Positions 10,096 to 19,855 of a DNA stretch of 64,000 bases are shown piece after piece (positions within the stretch are counted from its first letter, which is position 1; each line of letters opens with the position of its first letter). A program made the position numbers and the translations under genes. The stretch lies in IMG/VR virus record IMGVR_UViG_3300031772_000001, positions 1-64,000 of that record, one strand, 5' to 3'. The notes under the pieces were generated by a model. That model worked only from the letters and a program-made list of their open reading frames with translations, was not told the DNA's origin and ran no database searches. The DNA is from a virus.

Positions 10096-11064
10096 CTAAC
10101 TCAACATCGAATTTGAAACCACATTCAACTCAAGCTCGGCAGGTGTAGTAGCTGCAAGAGCCGAAATCCGAAGAGTACCAAAAACCCGACCATCAATAGA
10201 CACATTCTTTTCACCTTCACTCTGAACAGAAACTCCAGAAGAAACAAGAACACCAGCATCCGCACCACCCACAAAATTATCAAGAGCACTGATAGCAGCA
10301 TTAACAACACCAGCCGAAACATCAGTAAGAGCAGCAGAAGCCGCCTTACCAACAGTACCCCACGCTGTCCCTGACGCTACACCAGCAATCACTTGAGCCA
10401 CTGTTGACGTAGCAGCCTTGGAAATAGTCACACTATTCTTAGCCCACGCAATTGTCTCAGAACCCGCTGCAACTGTGTTCTGCATAACCACAGTATACTC
10501 ATTGTAAACTTGACCACCAAGAAGAGCAGTAACCGAAACTTTGTTCTTCTCACCATAAGCCTTAGAAGGATTGAAATTGTTATTGCTTTGAGCAAGAACA
10601 AGAGAAACAACACCACCAAAAAGATGCTTAAACATCAGGACAGGATTTACAGGAAAACCCTTTCCACCCTCTTTTTCAAGATTAAGGTCAATCGAAGAAG
10701 GGGCAACACCAACAACCGCATCCGGCATCATACGGATAGCAGTCAAAGCCTGAGCAACAACAGCAGTACCACCAGCAGCAATAGCAGCAATAGTTCCCCA
10801 AGGAGTTCCAGTTACAGTAGCAGCAAGAACCTGAGTAATCGTTGACACACCACCCTGCACATTGATCGTGCAACGATTCGGTGTCCAAACAATCGTCTCA
10901 TGTGTCGCTACTACTGAATTAAGAACCTCCACACCAAAGTCATTCTGCACCTCACCAACATCAATAGCAGTAATGCTCATAATGTTGACCACAGGAAACT
11001 CACCATACGCCTTAACACCAGTAACCACAGGAGCCTGAATAATCTTGCGAATAACGGATACCAT
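10096..11064 (-). CDS. Virion structural protein with internal duplication
   Basis: ETIVWTPNRCTINVQGGVSTITQVLA..GTPWGT vs ETIAWAKNSVTISKAATSTVAQVIA..GTAWGT. Confidence 0.55.
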   Translation of the reverse strand: MVSVIRKIIQAPVVTGVKAYGEFPVVNIMSITAIDVGEVQNDFGVEVLNSVVATHETIVWTPNRCTINVQGGVSTITQVLAATVTGTPWGTIAAIAAGGTAVVAQALTAIRMMPDAVVGVAPSSIDLNLEKEGGKGFPVNPVLMFKHLFGGVVSLVLAQSNNNFNPSKAYGEKNKVSVTALLGGQVYNEYTVVMQNTVAAGSETIAWAKNSVTISKAATSTVAQVIAGVASGTAWGTVGKAASAALTDVSAGVVNAAISALDNFVGGADAGVLVSSGVSVQSEGEKNVSIDGRVFGTLRISALAATTPAELELNVVSNSMLS

Positions 11065-11085
11065 ACCTGCCTCCTAAAAGTTAAG

Positions 11086-11571
11086 TTATTTCAGTGCTTT
11101 AACTACACTCGAAACTATGAAAGGCAACGTATACAAAGCATTATCAAGATGCTTGCAAACCGTTCCTTCAAGATTCGGATTTCTTATCTTGGGTATTCTC
11201 TTTTCTTTCTTACCAACCACCGAATCAAGCTGAGTCAAGATATATCTGTACCCGTAATAGAGAAATGAAGGACAACCACAATCTACTTTCAAGTCCCCGT
11301 ATATTGCCAACCTCACCCGATCAATCAACTTCAACTTATCATCTGGTATATCTAAAGCAACCTGCAAATCAACCAGTTTTATCTTCTGTTTCCACTTTAA
11401 TCCAGTACCCGGATAGGTCTGGGACTCAGTAGAAAAAATCAAAGAACTACTCTTCTTATCAAACTTTACAAACTTAGTTCCCGAAGGCAACTTCTTAGAT
11501 CGTGCTCGTATCTTAGGCTGAACTGCACCCCTCAAATCCCCGTAAGTAAATTCCAGCAAAGACCCGCTCAT
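11086..11571 (-). CDS. SWIM-type zinc-finger protein
   Basis: VDCGCPSF...GTVCKHL (CxC...CxH). Confidence 0.7.
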   Translation of the reverse strand: MSGSLLEFTYGDLRGAVQPKIRARSKKLPSGTKFVKFDKKSSSLIFSTESQTYPGTGLKWKQKIKLVDLQVALDIPDDKLKLIDRVRLAIYGDLKVDCGCPSFLYYGYRYILTQLDSVVGKKEKRIPKIRNPNLEGTVCKHLDNALYTLPFIVSSVVKALK

Positions 11572-11612
11572 TCAAATTGACCTTCATAGTAGTTTATCAC
11601 ATTAACACATCA

Positions 11613-11924
11613 CTACGACTTATTTATCAACTCATCCAGCTTCTTAATCACCGCCCCAAACCCTTCCTCATCTTGCTTTCTTCGCTCATTATCTTCTATT
11701 TTTTCACGTATCCACTTCACATCTGTTGTAACAACAGTAATACTCTCAACAAGTGCTGCATGGGAACCACACACAAAACCATTCGTCTTCTTACTTGGCT
11801 TTTCAGAAGAATCTTCTCTTTTACCTTTCTTAAAAGCCTCAATAATCTTCACAGTACCTATTCCTCCTCCAGCAAGTAAAGCACCAATTCCGGCACCTAC
11901 TTGCCCAAGATATGATGCATCCAT
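11613..11924 (-). CDS. Small protein with N-terminal hydrophobic segment (possible holin/membrane protein)
   Basis: VGAGIGALLAGGGIGTV followed by a charged coiled segment. Confidence 0.4.
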   Translation of the reverse strand: MDASYLGQVGAGIGALLAGGGIGTVKIIEAFKKGKREDSSEKPSKKTNGFVCGSHAALVESITVVTTDVKWIREKIEDNERRKQDEEGFGAVIKKLDELINKS

Positions 11925-11979
11925 AATATTCCTCTTAGATGTAATCCCGAAGATGCTGTATCAAATCTAAATACGCAAA

Positions 11980-12369
11980 TCACGGAGTAGCATCACGACC
12001 AACAAAAATAGTCACAATCGCATCAACAGATATGTGGCTATTTGAAAAGAATAACTTATCAGGATCGGCACCAAGAAGTCCAACCTCCCCGGCACCAACA
12101 AGCAACTGCATAGAATCAAGAACAATCGGAGAACCACCAGCAGTATGCGCTTTATAAGAAAGACCTGCGGGATACTGATTAGCCTTGATAGCAAGAACAT
12201 GAACAGCAGTAACAAGACCTGTAAAAAGATCCACTTCCATGTCAGAACTTCCGTGAGGAACTGACACCTCAACCTTGTCAATAGCCTCACATGTAATGTT
12301 CTTCTGTTCCGAAAGAGAAGAATCTCCGAGAATCTGCGTGTTCTGAGAAACAACTATAGTATTTGGCAT
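11980..12369 (-). CDS. Hypothetical (likely structural) protein
   Basis: GGAGG RBS; beta-rich 129 aa. Confidence 0.6.
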   Translation of the reverse strand: MPNTIVVSQNTQILGDSSLSEQKNITCEAIDKVEVSVPHGSSDMEVDLFTGLVTAVHVLAIKANQYPAGLSYKAHTAGGSPIVLDSMQLLVGAGEVGLLGADPDKLFFSNSHISVDAIVTIFVGRDATP

Positions 12370-12384
12370 AAGTCCTCCTATTTG

Positions 12385-13701
12385 TTAAAACTCAATTCCA
12401 TTTTTACGGGCATTTTCTACTACTTCCAAAATCTCGTCCACAGAGTCTATGTTTGACCCAACACGGTAACCTTTAACCAAACCACTATTTTCTTTTATCT
12501 TACTAATACATTCCTCAACAGTATCACCTAAAACAATCATAAACCCAACAGGATCAGTTGGTCCTGTCCCAGGTATCACATAATCAAGTCCGTTTACCCG
12601 ACACCTCATCTTCAATTTAACAATTTTTCTTATTGTCTCATCTTCAAAGTATATAGGATTCCAAACAAGCTCAGAGGAATTAGTAAATACTGCTACCTGC
12701 ATGGCATATTTACTTCTGTACTTTGGCTCTGTAACAATTCCCTTTGAACCATACCAAATAATCTCCGCAAGGTTCTCCACCCACTCACACTGAATCTCAG
12801 AATTTGGAGAACCACAACGACAAGTACAATCTATCAGGTAATTATTTCCATCTTCACCCATTCTAACCTCAGTAGCAAACCACCCCCTATACCCATAATC
12901 GGAAAAGACAGGCTTCAACTTGTCCATACTTTCCTTCATGGACTCATGCAGCTTATCATAAGAAACATGCGTCGTTATGTAAGCCTTATCCTTTATCTCA
13001 AAACCCATACCCATCTGTGAAGCATACTCACCATCTACCACAAAAGCATCAACACCACACTCAACTTTTGACTTTATAGGAGACTCAAGTATGTAATCAA
13101 CCTTACCATCTAACTTACGAGCAACCCCAAGATCAGACGCAACTTTCAATAAGAAATCCTCTGACTTTTTATGACTCTCTATGTGGTGTGTCTCAAAAAG
13201 ACCCCTCCACCACGACACCTTCAAGTATAGGTCTGAATTTCCATTCTTTATATGGTCAACAACATCGTCAAAATTAGTAAAATACTCTGCTTCAGATACA
13301 GGCAACCCTATTTTCTTGAATACCTGTTCTCTTGTCTCTATTCGGAGTAGTTCTAACTTCTCTCCATCACGACTCCCCCAAACCCGCTTCCCAAGGGAAA
13401 TAAGATGTTCCTGCAAATCCCCCATATACACATCTGGAAAAACAAACAAATCTACCTCATTAAAGTCATACCCCTTATCTGGACACTTGTAAAACATCTG
13501 ATCAATAACAGTAATTCCAGACAACCCCTCTCCAATCATCGACTTTTTAACATCTGGAAATGAGGAGTAATTAGGAACCCAATAAAACACCTTACCAAAA
13601 TCCCTCGCCAACCTTTCAGCAACAAATGTAAAAACCCCTGTATCTACTACAAGAACTTTTTTGTCTTTAAGATTGTCCACCACTAAATCCTTATGTAACA
13701 A
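12385..13701 (-). CDS. ATP-grasp ligase, PurD (GAR synthetase)-like
   Basis: KLELLR...IGLPV...LYLKVS...ILESPI..VECGVD...GYRGWFATEVR...IDCTCRCGSP. Confidence 0.7.
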   Translation of the reverse strand: MLHKDLVVDNLKDKKVLVVDTGVFTFVAERLARDFGKVFYWVPNYSSFPDVKKSMIGEGLSGITVIDQMFYKCPDKGYDFNEVDLFVFPDVYMGDLQEHLISLGKRVWGSRDGEKLELLRIETREQVFKKIGLPVSEAEYFTNFDDVVDHIKNGNSDLYLKVSWWRGLFETHHIESHKKSEDFLLKVASDLGVARKLDGKVDYILESPIKSKVECGVDAFVVDGEYASQMGMGFEIKDKAYITTHVSYDKLHESMKESMDKLKPVFSDYGYRGWFATEVRMGEDGNNYLIDCTCRCGSPNSEIQCEWVENLAEIIWYGSKGIVTEPKYRSKYAMQVAVFTNSSELVWNPIYFEDETIRKIVKLKMRCRVNGLDYVIPGTGPTDPVGFMIVLGDTVEECISKIKENSGLVKGYRVGSNIDSVDEILEVVENARKNGIEF

Positions 13702-14233
13702 AGTAAGTAATTATCCTTTTCAATGCCTCACGAACCTTAACCAAACTCTCCATATCTAAGTTTATGTTGGCGTGATACTTGCCAACAACCGGAATACACA
13801 AACTAAAAACCCTACACCCTCTTTTACTCCAAACACACGACTCATCATCATCCACCGCTACAGGCTTATACTCGTACTGTAAATCCTCAGAATCCAAAAA
13901 ATCACAAAACTGCTTTATCGAAAGCTCATCCCAATTGTAGAAATTCTCAATAGAAAAGTCTTTTCCGTCTGACCTGCCCAAATCAATAACTATAACAACG
14001 TCATTCTTAGAAACAGAAGGAAGATCATCAACCCCAAACTCTTCGCCCTGAGAATGCACAACCTTCAAAGACCCACTCTTACACAACAACCTCAAAGCAG
14101 GATTATCATACACCGTCAAGTACGAAACCAAAACCCCAAGAAAATTATCCAAAAGACCTTGATGTACGCCGCCCTCAAACGTCAAATTTCCGTCATTACG
14201 AACCTTATCCAAATGAGCACTAAGAATAACCAT
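13691..14233 (-). CDS. Zn-dependent peptidase, M20/M28-like
   Basis: SAHLD...LLDNFLG...QGEEFG...VIDLG...YHA metal-ligand pattern; start at MVILSAHLD assumed. Confidence 0.65.
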   Translation of the reverse strand: MVILSAHLDKVRNDGNLTFEGGVHQGLLDNFLGVLVSYLTVYDNPALRLLCKSGSLKVVHSQGEEFGVDDLPSVSKNDVVIVIDLGRSDGKDFSIENFYNWDELSIKQFCDFLDSEDLQYEYKPVAVDDDESCVWSKRGCRVFSLCIPVVGKYHANINLDMESLVKVREALKRIITYFVT

Positions 14234-14260
14234 AGATACCTCCCATAACATTAGAAACTA

Positions 14261-14443
14261 TTAAGACTTATGAAGACCTTTAACAATCTTCAAAGACCCT
14301 GCTGGCAAAGACTTTACTGGATCAGAAGCAACAACATCCTTTTTATCTTTCTTTTCTTCCGCAACAACCTCTTTAAGTACAACTACAGGGGGTTGTTGCT
14401 CCTCTGGTAGACTCTTCTCGTATATCCTTGATAAGAGATTCAT
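14261..14443 (-). CDS. Small putative head-internal protein (N-terminal LLxxIYE motif)
   Basis: MNLLSRIYE. Confidence 0.65.
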   Translation of the reverse strand: MNLLSRIYEKSLPEEQQPPVVVLKEVVAEEKKDKKDVVASDPVKSLPAGSLKIVKGLHKS

Positions 14444-14457
14444 AGACTAAACTCCCA

Positions 14458-14991
14458 CTACTTCGAGTAGTAATCAGTTGCCCCTGTCCGCGTAGACTCC
14501 TTCTTACTCAACTCAAGACTCTTCACAACACCCATAGCCACATCATCACTCTCTGTCGTGAAAACTGCTCCCTCTTTATCGGCCCCACGCTTCCAGAGAG
14601 CATCTATACCCTTCGCTTCCATCTTAGCTTCAACATTAGTCAACCCTCGAAGATACCACACCTTATCCTGCTTGTAGACCTCAACAGGATTATTGCCTTG
14701 CTCATTGACCTGCTCTTTAGGCTTCTCCTTTGACTCCTCGTACATCTTAACCATCAAAACCCCCTTGAAAGATTCTGTCTTAGTTGGCATTGCCGCCGCC
14801 CCCAAAGACTTTTTCAAAACAGCAAGCGTCTTAGGATCTTCCTTATCCGGCTGCTCCAACTTTGTCATTATATTGGAAAGCAACTCAAAAGGAATACTAT
14901 CATCTGCCCTCTTCTGGGTCATTCTCTCAGTAACAACACTAAGCAACGTGTGAAGTACGTTATTCTCTTTTGGGGTCAGGGACACATTCAT
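14458..14991 (-). CDS. Putative head-internal protein (internal motif)
   Basis: KTESFKGVLMVKMYEE. Confidence 0.65.
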   Translation of the reverse strand: MNVSLTPKENNVLHTLLSVVTERMTQKRADDSIPFELLSNIMTKLEQPDKEDPKTLAVLKKSLGAAAMPTKTESFKGVLMVKMYEESKEKPKEQVNEQGNNPVEVYKQDKVWYLRGLTNVEAKMEAKGIDALWKRGADKEGAVFTTESDDVAMGVVKSLELSKKESTRTGATDYYSK

Positions 14992-15356
14992 TAGAAACCT
15001 CCGGGGTTATGTGATGCAGCATACGCCGCTGACGACCTCTTTGGTGACTGATCTAAGTTAGTATAGTCAAATTGAATATCCGGCTTCTTCTTTAGAATCT
15101 TCTTACTTTCTTTGGAATCATAAAACTCACCTGTGTCCGGCTGAGTGTCGTACATCTTCTGAAGCAACGACACGTCAACACCTTCGTTCTCAGACTTGTA
15201 CGCCAAGTTTGCTATTCGTATTTTCAGAATGTTCTTTCCATTTACTATAGGCTGTCCATGCACATCCTTACCAATTTCCTTAACAGTAACACGACGATTT
15301 TTGAACTTTCCAGTAAAAATCGTATCCCCTACCTCAATTGGAATAACTATGCTCAT
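14991..15356 (-). CDS. Putative head-internal protein (internal motif)
   Basis: ENEGVDVSLLQKMYD. Confidence 0.65.
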   Translation of the reverse strand: MSIVIPIEVGDTIFTGKFKNRRVTVKEIGKDVHGQPIVNGKNILKIRIANLAYKSENEGVDVSLLQKMYDTQPDTGEFYDSKESKKILKKKPDIQFDYTNLDQSPKRSSAAYAASHNPGGF

Positions 15357-15487
15357 AACTACTTCCACACTTACTGTTTTAGTTCTTGTGTAATATCAGA
15401 GTATCCATCTGATATTTTCCTCATACACTTAGCCAATGCCTTACTCTCCACACCTCTCTGATCTTCCCCCTCAGCAATCACCTTTAC

Positions 15488-16630
15488 TTGAGGTGTGTAC
15501 CCTATCCGGCCAAATGCCTATCCTCCACAGTTTATAGTGGACAGACTTTTCTGGCAGGGTTCTTTAGCCGCCCTGTGCAAAATGTTAATGGCTGCGTTAT
15601 AATCCGCGTCCATCTCCACTTTACAATCAATACACTTGTACCGCTCGCCCACACGAGACTCCTTGTGTATTGATCCACACACTGAACAAGTCTGGGAAGT
15701 GTAAGCTGGATTGACCTTTGTAAGAAGAACACCGTTCTCCTCACAAGTTCTCACCAGCTTACCTATTGCCGATAAATAGACCCAATACTGCAACTTGTTC
15801 ATAAACTTTGTCGAAATTCGATGATCCTTCTTAGAATTTCTTTTGACGTTCTTTAGGTCTTCTATAGCAAGACTGTTTACGTTTGACAGGTCTAACTCGT
15901 TCACAACTCGGTTAATTTCATTGTCCCGGAATCTCAAACTCTGCTTAAAATTCTTAGAGTTCCTTACCTTCTTTGATATGTCTGTACAAACTTGCTCAAT
16001 ATCGGTCCCTAAAAACTGACCATCGGAAGTTGAAAGCAATTTCTTGTAGCCAATATCAACTCCCAAAGACTTACCTGTAGATTTTATTACAGGTGCCTCT
16101 TTCTCAAAAGTCAAAAACACAAAATACTTGCCGGATTCGTCTTTGGTTAATTTGATGTTCTTCTTACGCTTCCAATCAGCATACTTCAAATAATGCTTGT
16201 GATACTTGATTGGTAAGTTTATTGTGACTGCTCGATGCTTACCATCCTGAAAATAGGGCAATCGAATATGAATAAACTCATCAAAATGACCATCTTCTTG
16301 TACTTCAATATCAAACATCCGGTCATCCAACGAGATTGAAGTATTTTGTATCTCTGGCTTTGATTTTTTCTGTTTCTTCTGATTGGACCTGATAATCTCA
16401 GATGCTTGCTTATATAAAATTTGTTTCCAAGCAGAATAAGTAAAAAGATTTGAAGGACAATCCTTAGAACTGAGAAACTTCTTCAGTGGAAGTTTCTTAT
16501 CCCAAATTTGATCTATATAAAACTGTAAGTCAACCTTATAGTCTTGAAATAACTGGTCTAATTGCTTAGACTTAGTACCAGTTTGATACTTCAAAATGTG
16601 TTTGGTTGATCTTAACATAATTATCTATGT
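15488..16630 (-). mobile_element. Solo IS200/IS605-family (IS1341-like) TnpB element
   Basis: Right end ends in TCAA (15491-15488); inferred left junction follows TTAT (16634-16631); removing it restores a short ORF; no tnpA in the window. Confidence 0.65.
15518..16618 (-). CDS. tnpB: RNA-guided endonuclease TnpB
   Basis: RuvC-I GVDIG, RuvC-II AIEDL, VNPAYTSQTCSVCG and CIDC zinc finger, RuvC-III DADYNAAINIL. Confidence 0.93.
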   Translation of the reverse strand: MLRSTKHILKYQTGTKSKQLDQLFQDYKVDLQFYIDQIWDKKLPLKKFLSSKDCPSNLFTYSAWKQILYKQASEIIRSNQKKQKKSKPEIQNTSISLDDRMFDIEVQEDGHFDEFIHIRLPYFQDGKHRAVTINLPIKYHKHYLKYADWKRKKNIKLTKDESGKYFVFLTFEKEAPVIKSTGKSLGVDIGYKKLLSTSDGQFLGTDIEQVCTDISKKVRNSKNFKQSLRFRDNEINRVVNELDLSNVNSLAIEDLKNVKRNSKKDHRISTKFMNKLQYWVYLSAIGKLVRTCEENGVLLTKVNPAYTSQTCSVCGSIHKESRVGERYKCIDCKVEMDADYNAAINILHRAAKEPCQKSLSTINCGG

Positions 16631-16655
16631 ATAATTTATCACAACACCCCTTACT

Positions 16656-17234
16656 TTAGTCCTTCAGCAAATCCTGAATTTCATCCTGAGAATGTCCAGC
16701 AGCCTTCATGTAATCCTGAATCTTCTTCTCAGACCAACCACCCTTATTCAACATGAACAAGTAAGCAGCCTTCAAGTCCATCCCACCCATAATATTCGCC
16801 GCCATCTTACTCATCTTCAAAGTCTTGAGCGCAATCTTCTTTTAATGCCCTTCAGGAACACCCTCTTCTACTTTACCTTCGGTAATCTTCAACTCTTTAA
16901 GAACTTTTGTCAAAATCTCCTGATACGCCTTCATTAAAGCCTTTGCCTGCGGCCCACCCTTCTTCATTATCTTATAAACTTCCATTGTAAATCTTAATTC
17001 TACATTTGCACCTCTACGCACACAATCAACTCTTGCATCACCAACCTTACTAAACAGCTTATCATATTTTGGCTCTTGTTGCTCATAATTTACATTATAC
17101 GCAATATCATCTTGAGGATTTACTTCTTCTGGTACACCTCTAATAACAGCACCAGCAAATCCCCAATCCGATTTCTTTACTTCTATTCCTTCACTTACCT
17201 TCCTGTTTTCATACATCTCTTCAAGTAAGCTCAT
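16656..17234 (-). pseudogene. Motif-bearing putative head protein split by an in-frame TAA at 16842-16844
   Basis: MSLLEEMYE...VPEGH*KKIALKTLKMSKMAANIMGGMDLK...DLLKD*; the frame stays open for 61 codons after the TAA. Confidence 0.55.
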
Positions 17235-17244
17235 AAACACACTC

Positions 17245-17502
17245 CTACATGTAAAGATGACCTAATAACTTCTTTGATTTCAATTCATAAATCCCAACAA
17301 ACCCTGTGTCCATTCCTTGAATATACTTAGCAAACTTCGTTATAAGATCATCAAAACTATCTGTAAAATCCCTTGTATGACCACGCTTTTCTTTGAACTC
17401 CTTTTCATCGTCAGGATCGTGTACTTCTTGTGATGCACCAATAAGAGCATACTTCTTCTTAGAAATTTCCTTCTCGTACATCTTGGTAAAAAGACTATCC
17501 AT
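17245..17502 (-). CDS. Putative head-internal protein
   Basis: MDSLFTKMYE. Confidence 0.7.
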   Translation of the reverse strand: MDSLFTKMYEKEISKKKYALIGASQEVHDPDDEKEFKEKRGHTRDFTDSFDDLITKFAKYIQGMDTGFVGIYELKSKKLLGHLYM

Positions 17503-17510
17503 AACAACTC

Positions 17511-17912
17511 CTATGACAAGTATGAATTTAATTCATAAGGCTTAGGTGCCTGACTGTTCTTGTAAATATCAAGAACCAAAACACTATTCTTAATCTCTGC
17601 ACAAGTAGGCGCATCCTTCCAAAGCCGCCGCACTAAGTCAATCCGCAACCGTACCGTTTCACCAGAAGACATCGCCCCATTAAACGTCCCTACCCACTTC
17701 TCATCACCAACCACAGGAACAAGACCCAACTCCTCTAACGCTGCCAACACAGTAGTCGTAATATCGCCCAAAGACTTATAATAAGACTCTTTTACAAGAT
17801 TAGAATACTGCCTACGAATCCGAGACGGAAGAGACTCAGACCCCTCTATATGGACAGTCTCACCACTGCCCATCAAGGACATGCCCTCGTACATTCGTGT
17901 AAGAAGACTCAC
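17511..17912 (-). CDS. Putative head-internal protein
   Basis: GTG start, (M)SLLTRMYE. Confidence 0.7.
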   Translation of the reverse strand: MSLLTRMYEGMSLMGSGETVHIEGSESLPSRIRRQYSNLVKESYYKSLGDITTTVLAALEELGLVPVVGDEKWVGTFNGAMSSGETVRLRIDLVRRLWKDAPTCAEIKNSVLVLDIYKNSQAPKPYELNSYLS

Positions 17913-18235
17913 TCTAAAACCTCTTTCCATTCAGAGTAAAGTAATGTTACCCCACTCTTCTCAACAGCACCAAAATCAATATCATCCCAATTCCGAATAT
18001 TAGCGTTTGGCCTTACTTTTTTAATAATCAACTTCCTTAACTCATTAGGAACCCCTCCTTGATTATTAAAAATTCGTATGTAAGGATCGGTTGTTATACT
18101 TCCAGAAATTTGTGCGGACCAAGAGTAACCACCAAAATTCTTCTTTAACCACTGCTTCAACTCCTTAGAAAAGTCAGTATAAACCTTCTTTTCTTTTGAA
18201 GAAACTTCCTCATACATCTGCTGAAGCAAGCTCAT
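17909..18235 (-). CDS. Putative head-internal protein
   Basis: MSLLQQMYEE. Confidence 0.7.
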   Translation of the reverse strand: MSLLQQMYEEVSSKEKKVYTDFSKELKQWLKKNFGGYSWSAQISGSITTDPYIRIFNNQGGVPNELRKLIIKKVRPNANIRNWDDIDFGAVEKSGVTLLYSEWKEVLE

Positions 18236-18236
18236 A

Positions 18237-18518
18237 TTATCTCCCGAAAACATTTTTACCCTTATACTGAAAGAACACTTCCATCTTATCTGTCAAGGTC
18301 TTGATATTGTCCTTGATTCTATCCTCTAAGTCTTTGGCAACAACCTTGGGATCTTCCTTTTGACGCTCAACACGATCCACAAACTCCTTCTCCCAATCCT
18401 TAGAGTTAGACGCTATTTTCTTTGAAATAGAAGCACCCGAAGGAAGCTCCAACACAACAACTGCCTTGTCCCTCTTAGGGAATGTGCTTACCTCATACAT
18501 CCTTTTCAAAAGAGCCAT
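18237..18518 (-). CDS. Putative head-internal protein
   Basis: MALLKRMYE. Confidence 0.7.
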   Translation of the reverse strand: MALLKRMYEVSTFPKRDKAVVVLELPSGASISKKIASNSKDWEKEFVDRVERQKEDPKVVAKDLEDRIKDNIKTLTDKMEVFFQYKGKNVFGR

Positions 18519-18520
18519 GA

Positions 18521-19072
18521 CTACACCTTACTTCTCTGAATCTTATTCAACCTATCATTCGACTTCTTAACCCTTTCAGCATCCCCGGACATCCTCGCCT
18601 TCACCACAGAAGCCCTCGCACGAGCAACTTTTTCAGATTTACTACTCACGGCTTCAATAACCCTACCACCCTTACCACGCTTCTTTTTCTTATACTCGGG
18701 GTCAATAGAATCTGTTGAAGGGTAATAAAACTGCTTTCCAGCAGAACCAACTGACCCCGCAGTAGTCAACTCATACATCGCCACAATCAATGGGAAAATG
18801 GATCTTTCGTTCTTTTCTCCTCTTGCCTTCTCAAAAGCAACCGGAGAGTAATCATGTGTCTTGAGCCATGACTTAGCCTCTGCCGGAGTAAACTTGTCTG
18901 CTGAGAACCTAATAGACGCTACCGTTGTCCTCCCACCCTTCTCACCCTTCTTTGCCCTTAGACCATACAGCACACTTATCCCCGGCTTAAAAGCATCCGT
19001 CTTCCAACGATAGCCCTTAAACTTCGTGTTATCTATCGTTGCTGAATGATAATTTACAAAACCACGAGGCAT
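18521..19072 (-). CDS. Putative head-associated protein (internal motif)
   Basis: SIRFSADKFTPAEAKSWLKTH domain; KNERSIFPLIVAMYE. Confidence 0.65.
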   Translation of the reverse strand: MPRGFVNYHSATIDNTKFKGYRWKTDAFKPGISVLYGLRAKKGEKGGRTTVASIRFSADKFTPAEAKSWLKTHDYSPVAFEKARGEKNERSIFPLIVAMYELTTAGSVGSAGKQFYYPSTDSIDPEYKKKKRGKGGRVIEAVSSKSEKVARARASVVKARMSGDAERVKKSNDRLNKIQRSKV

Positions 19073-19084
19073 GAAAACTCCTTC

Positions 19085-19390
19085 TTATGCGGGTATGATA
19101 TACCCTACCTTCTTCTTATCATCCCAAACTGCAACCTTCTCACCCACATTTGAAAGCATATAACACTTTTCCTCAGACTTTATTTCACCCTTATGAAACC
19201 GATCTAAGTCTTTCTTGGAATAAAAGCAATGTGACTCAGAAGCAGAGAAATACTTCTGCTTTTCAAGAAAGTCGTCAAACTTCTTTCTATCTGTAAACTT
19301 CACTACCTTAGAATTAGCTGAAAGAAGTTTTACAACATCAGGAATAATTGGATCAATGTAATCCTCATAAATCTTCACAAGTAAACCCAT
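19085..19390 (-). CDS. Putative head-internal protein
   Basis: MGLLVKIYE. Confidence 0.7.
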   Translation of the reverse strand: MGLLVKIYEDYIDPIIPDVVKLLSANSKVVKFTDRKKFDDFLEKQKYFSASESHCFYSKKDLDRFHKGEIKSEEKCYMLSNVGEKVAVWDDKKKVGYIIPA

Positions 19391-19402
19391 AACAACTCCT
19401 TC

Positions 19403-19855
19403 TTATTTCTCAATTATCTCGTACTTTCCAGACTTCTTCTCTTGATCCAACTTGTCTTTTGTAATAACCTTCTTAATTGACTTACCAGAAATCGGAAACA
19501 CATAAGTCACAGCATATTTACCGTCACTACGAGGTAAACTACTCACATAAAGAGTAGACTTCCCTGTAGGAACATCACCAAAACCTTCGTACATCTTGAC
19601 AAGTAATCCAGTATCAACTGCCTCTACCTTTTGAACTCTTGAATTCCAAAGCCTCAACTCGGACATTGGATTTTTAGGAATCTCTTTGAAAATATAATAC
19701 CACTCGGAACCAATCGCATCTGTTGTTACTCTGTCAACAGTAACAGGGGATTTATCCACAGCACGGGGAAATACTAACTTATCACCTTTCTTATACAACG
19801 GCTTCCCTTTTGGGGCTTCAACCATATTACCCCAAATATCCTTAATCTTCATCAA
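19403..19855 (-). CDS. Putative head-internal protein (internal motif)
   Basis: KVEAVDTGLLVKMYE. Confidence 0.65.
   Translation of the reverse strand: MMKIKDIWGNMVEAPKGKPLYKKGDKLVFPRAVDKSPVTVDRVTTDAIGSEWYYIFKEIPKNPMSELRLWNSRVQKVEAVDTGLLVKMYEGFGDVPTGKSTLYVSSLPRSDGKYAVTYVFPISGKSIKKVITKDKLDQEKKSGKYEIIEK

Noticed and set aside
16842-16844. Genome-wide stop-codon reassignment
   Set aside because: Long genes are intact in the standard code, TAA, TAG and TGA all end genes normally, and no suppressor tRNA is seen.
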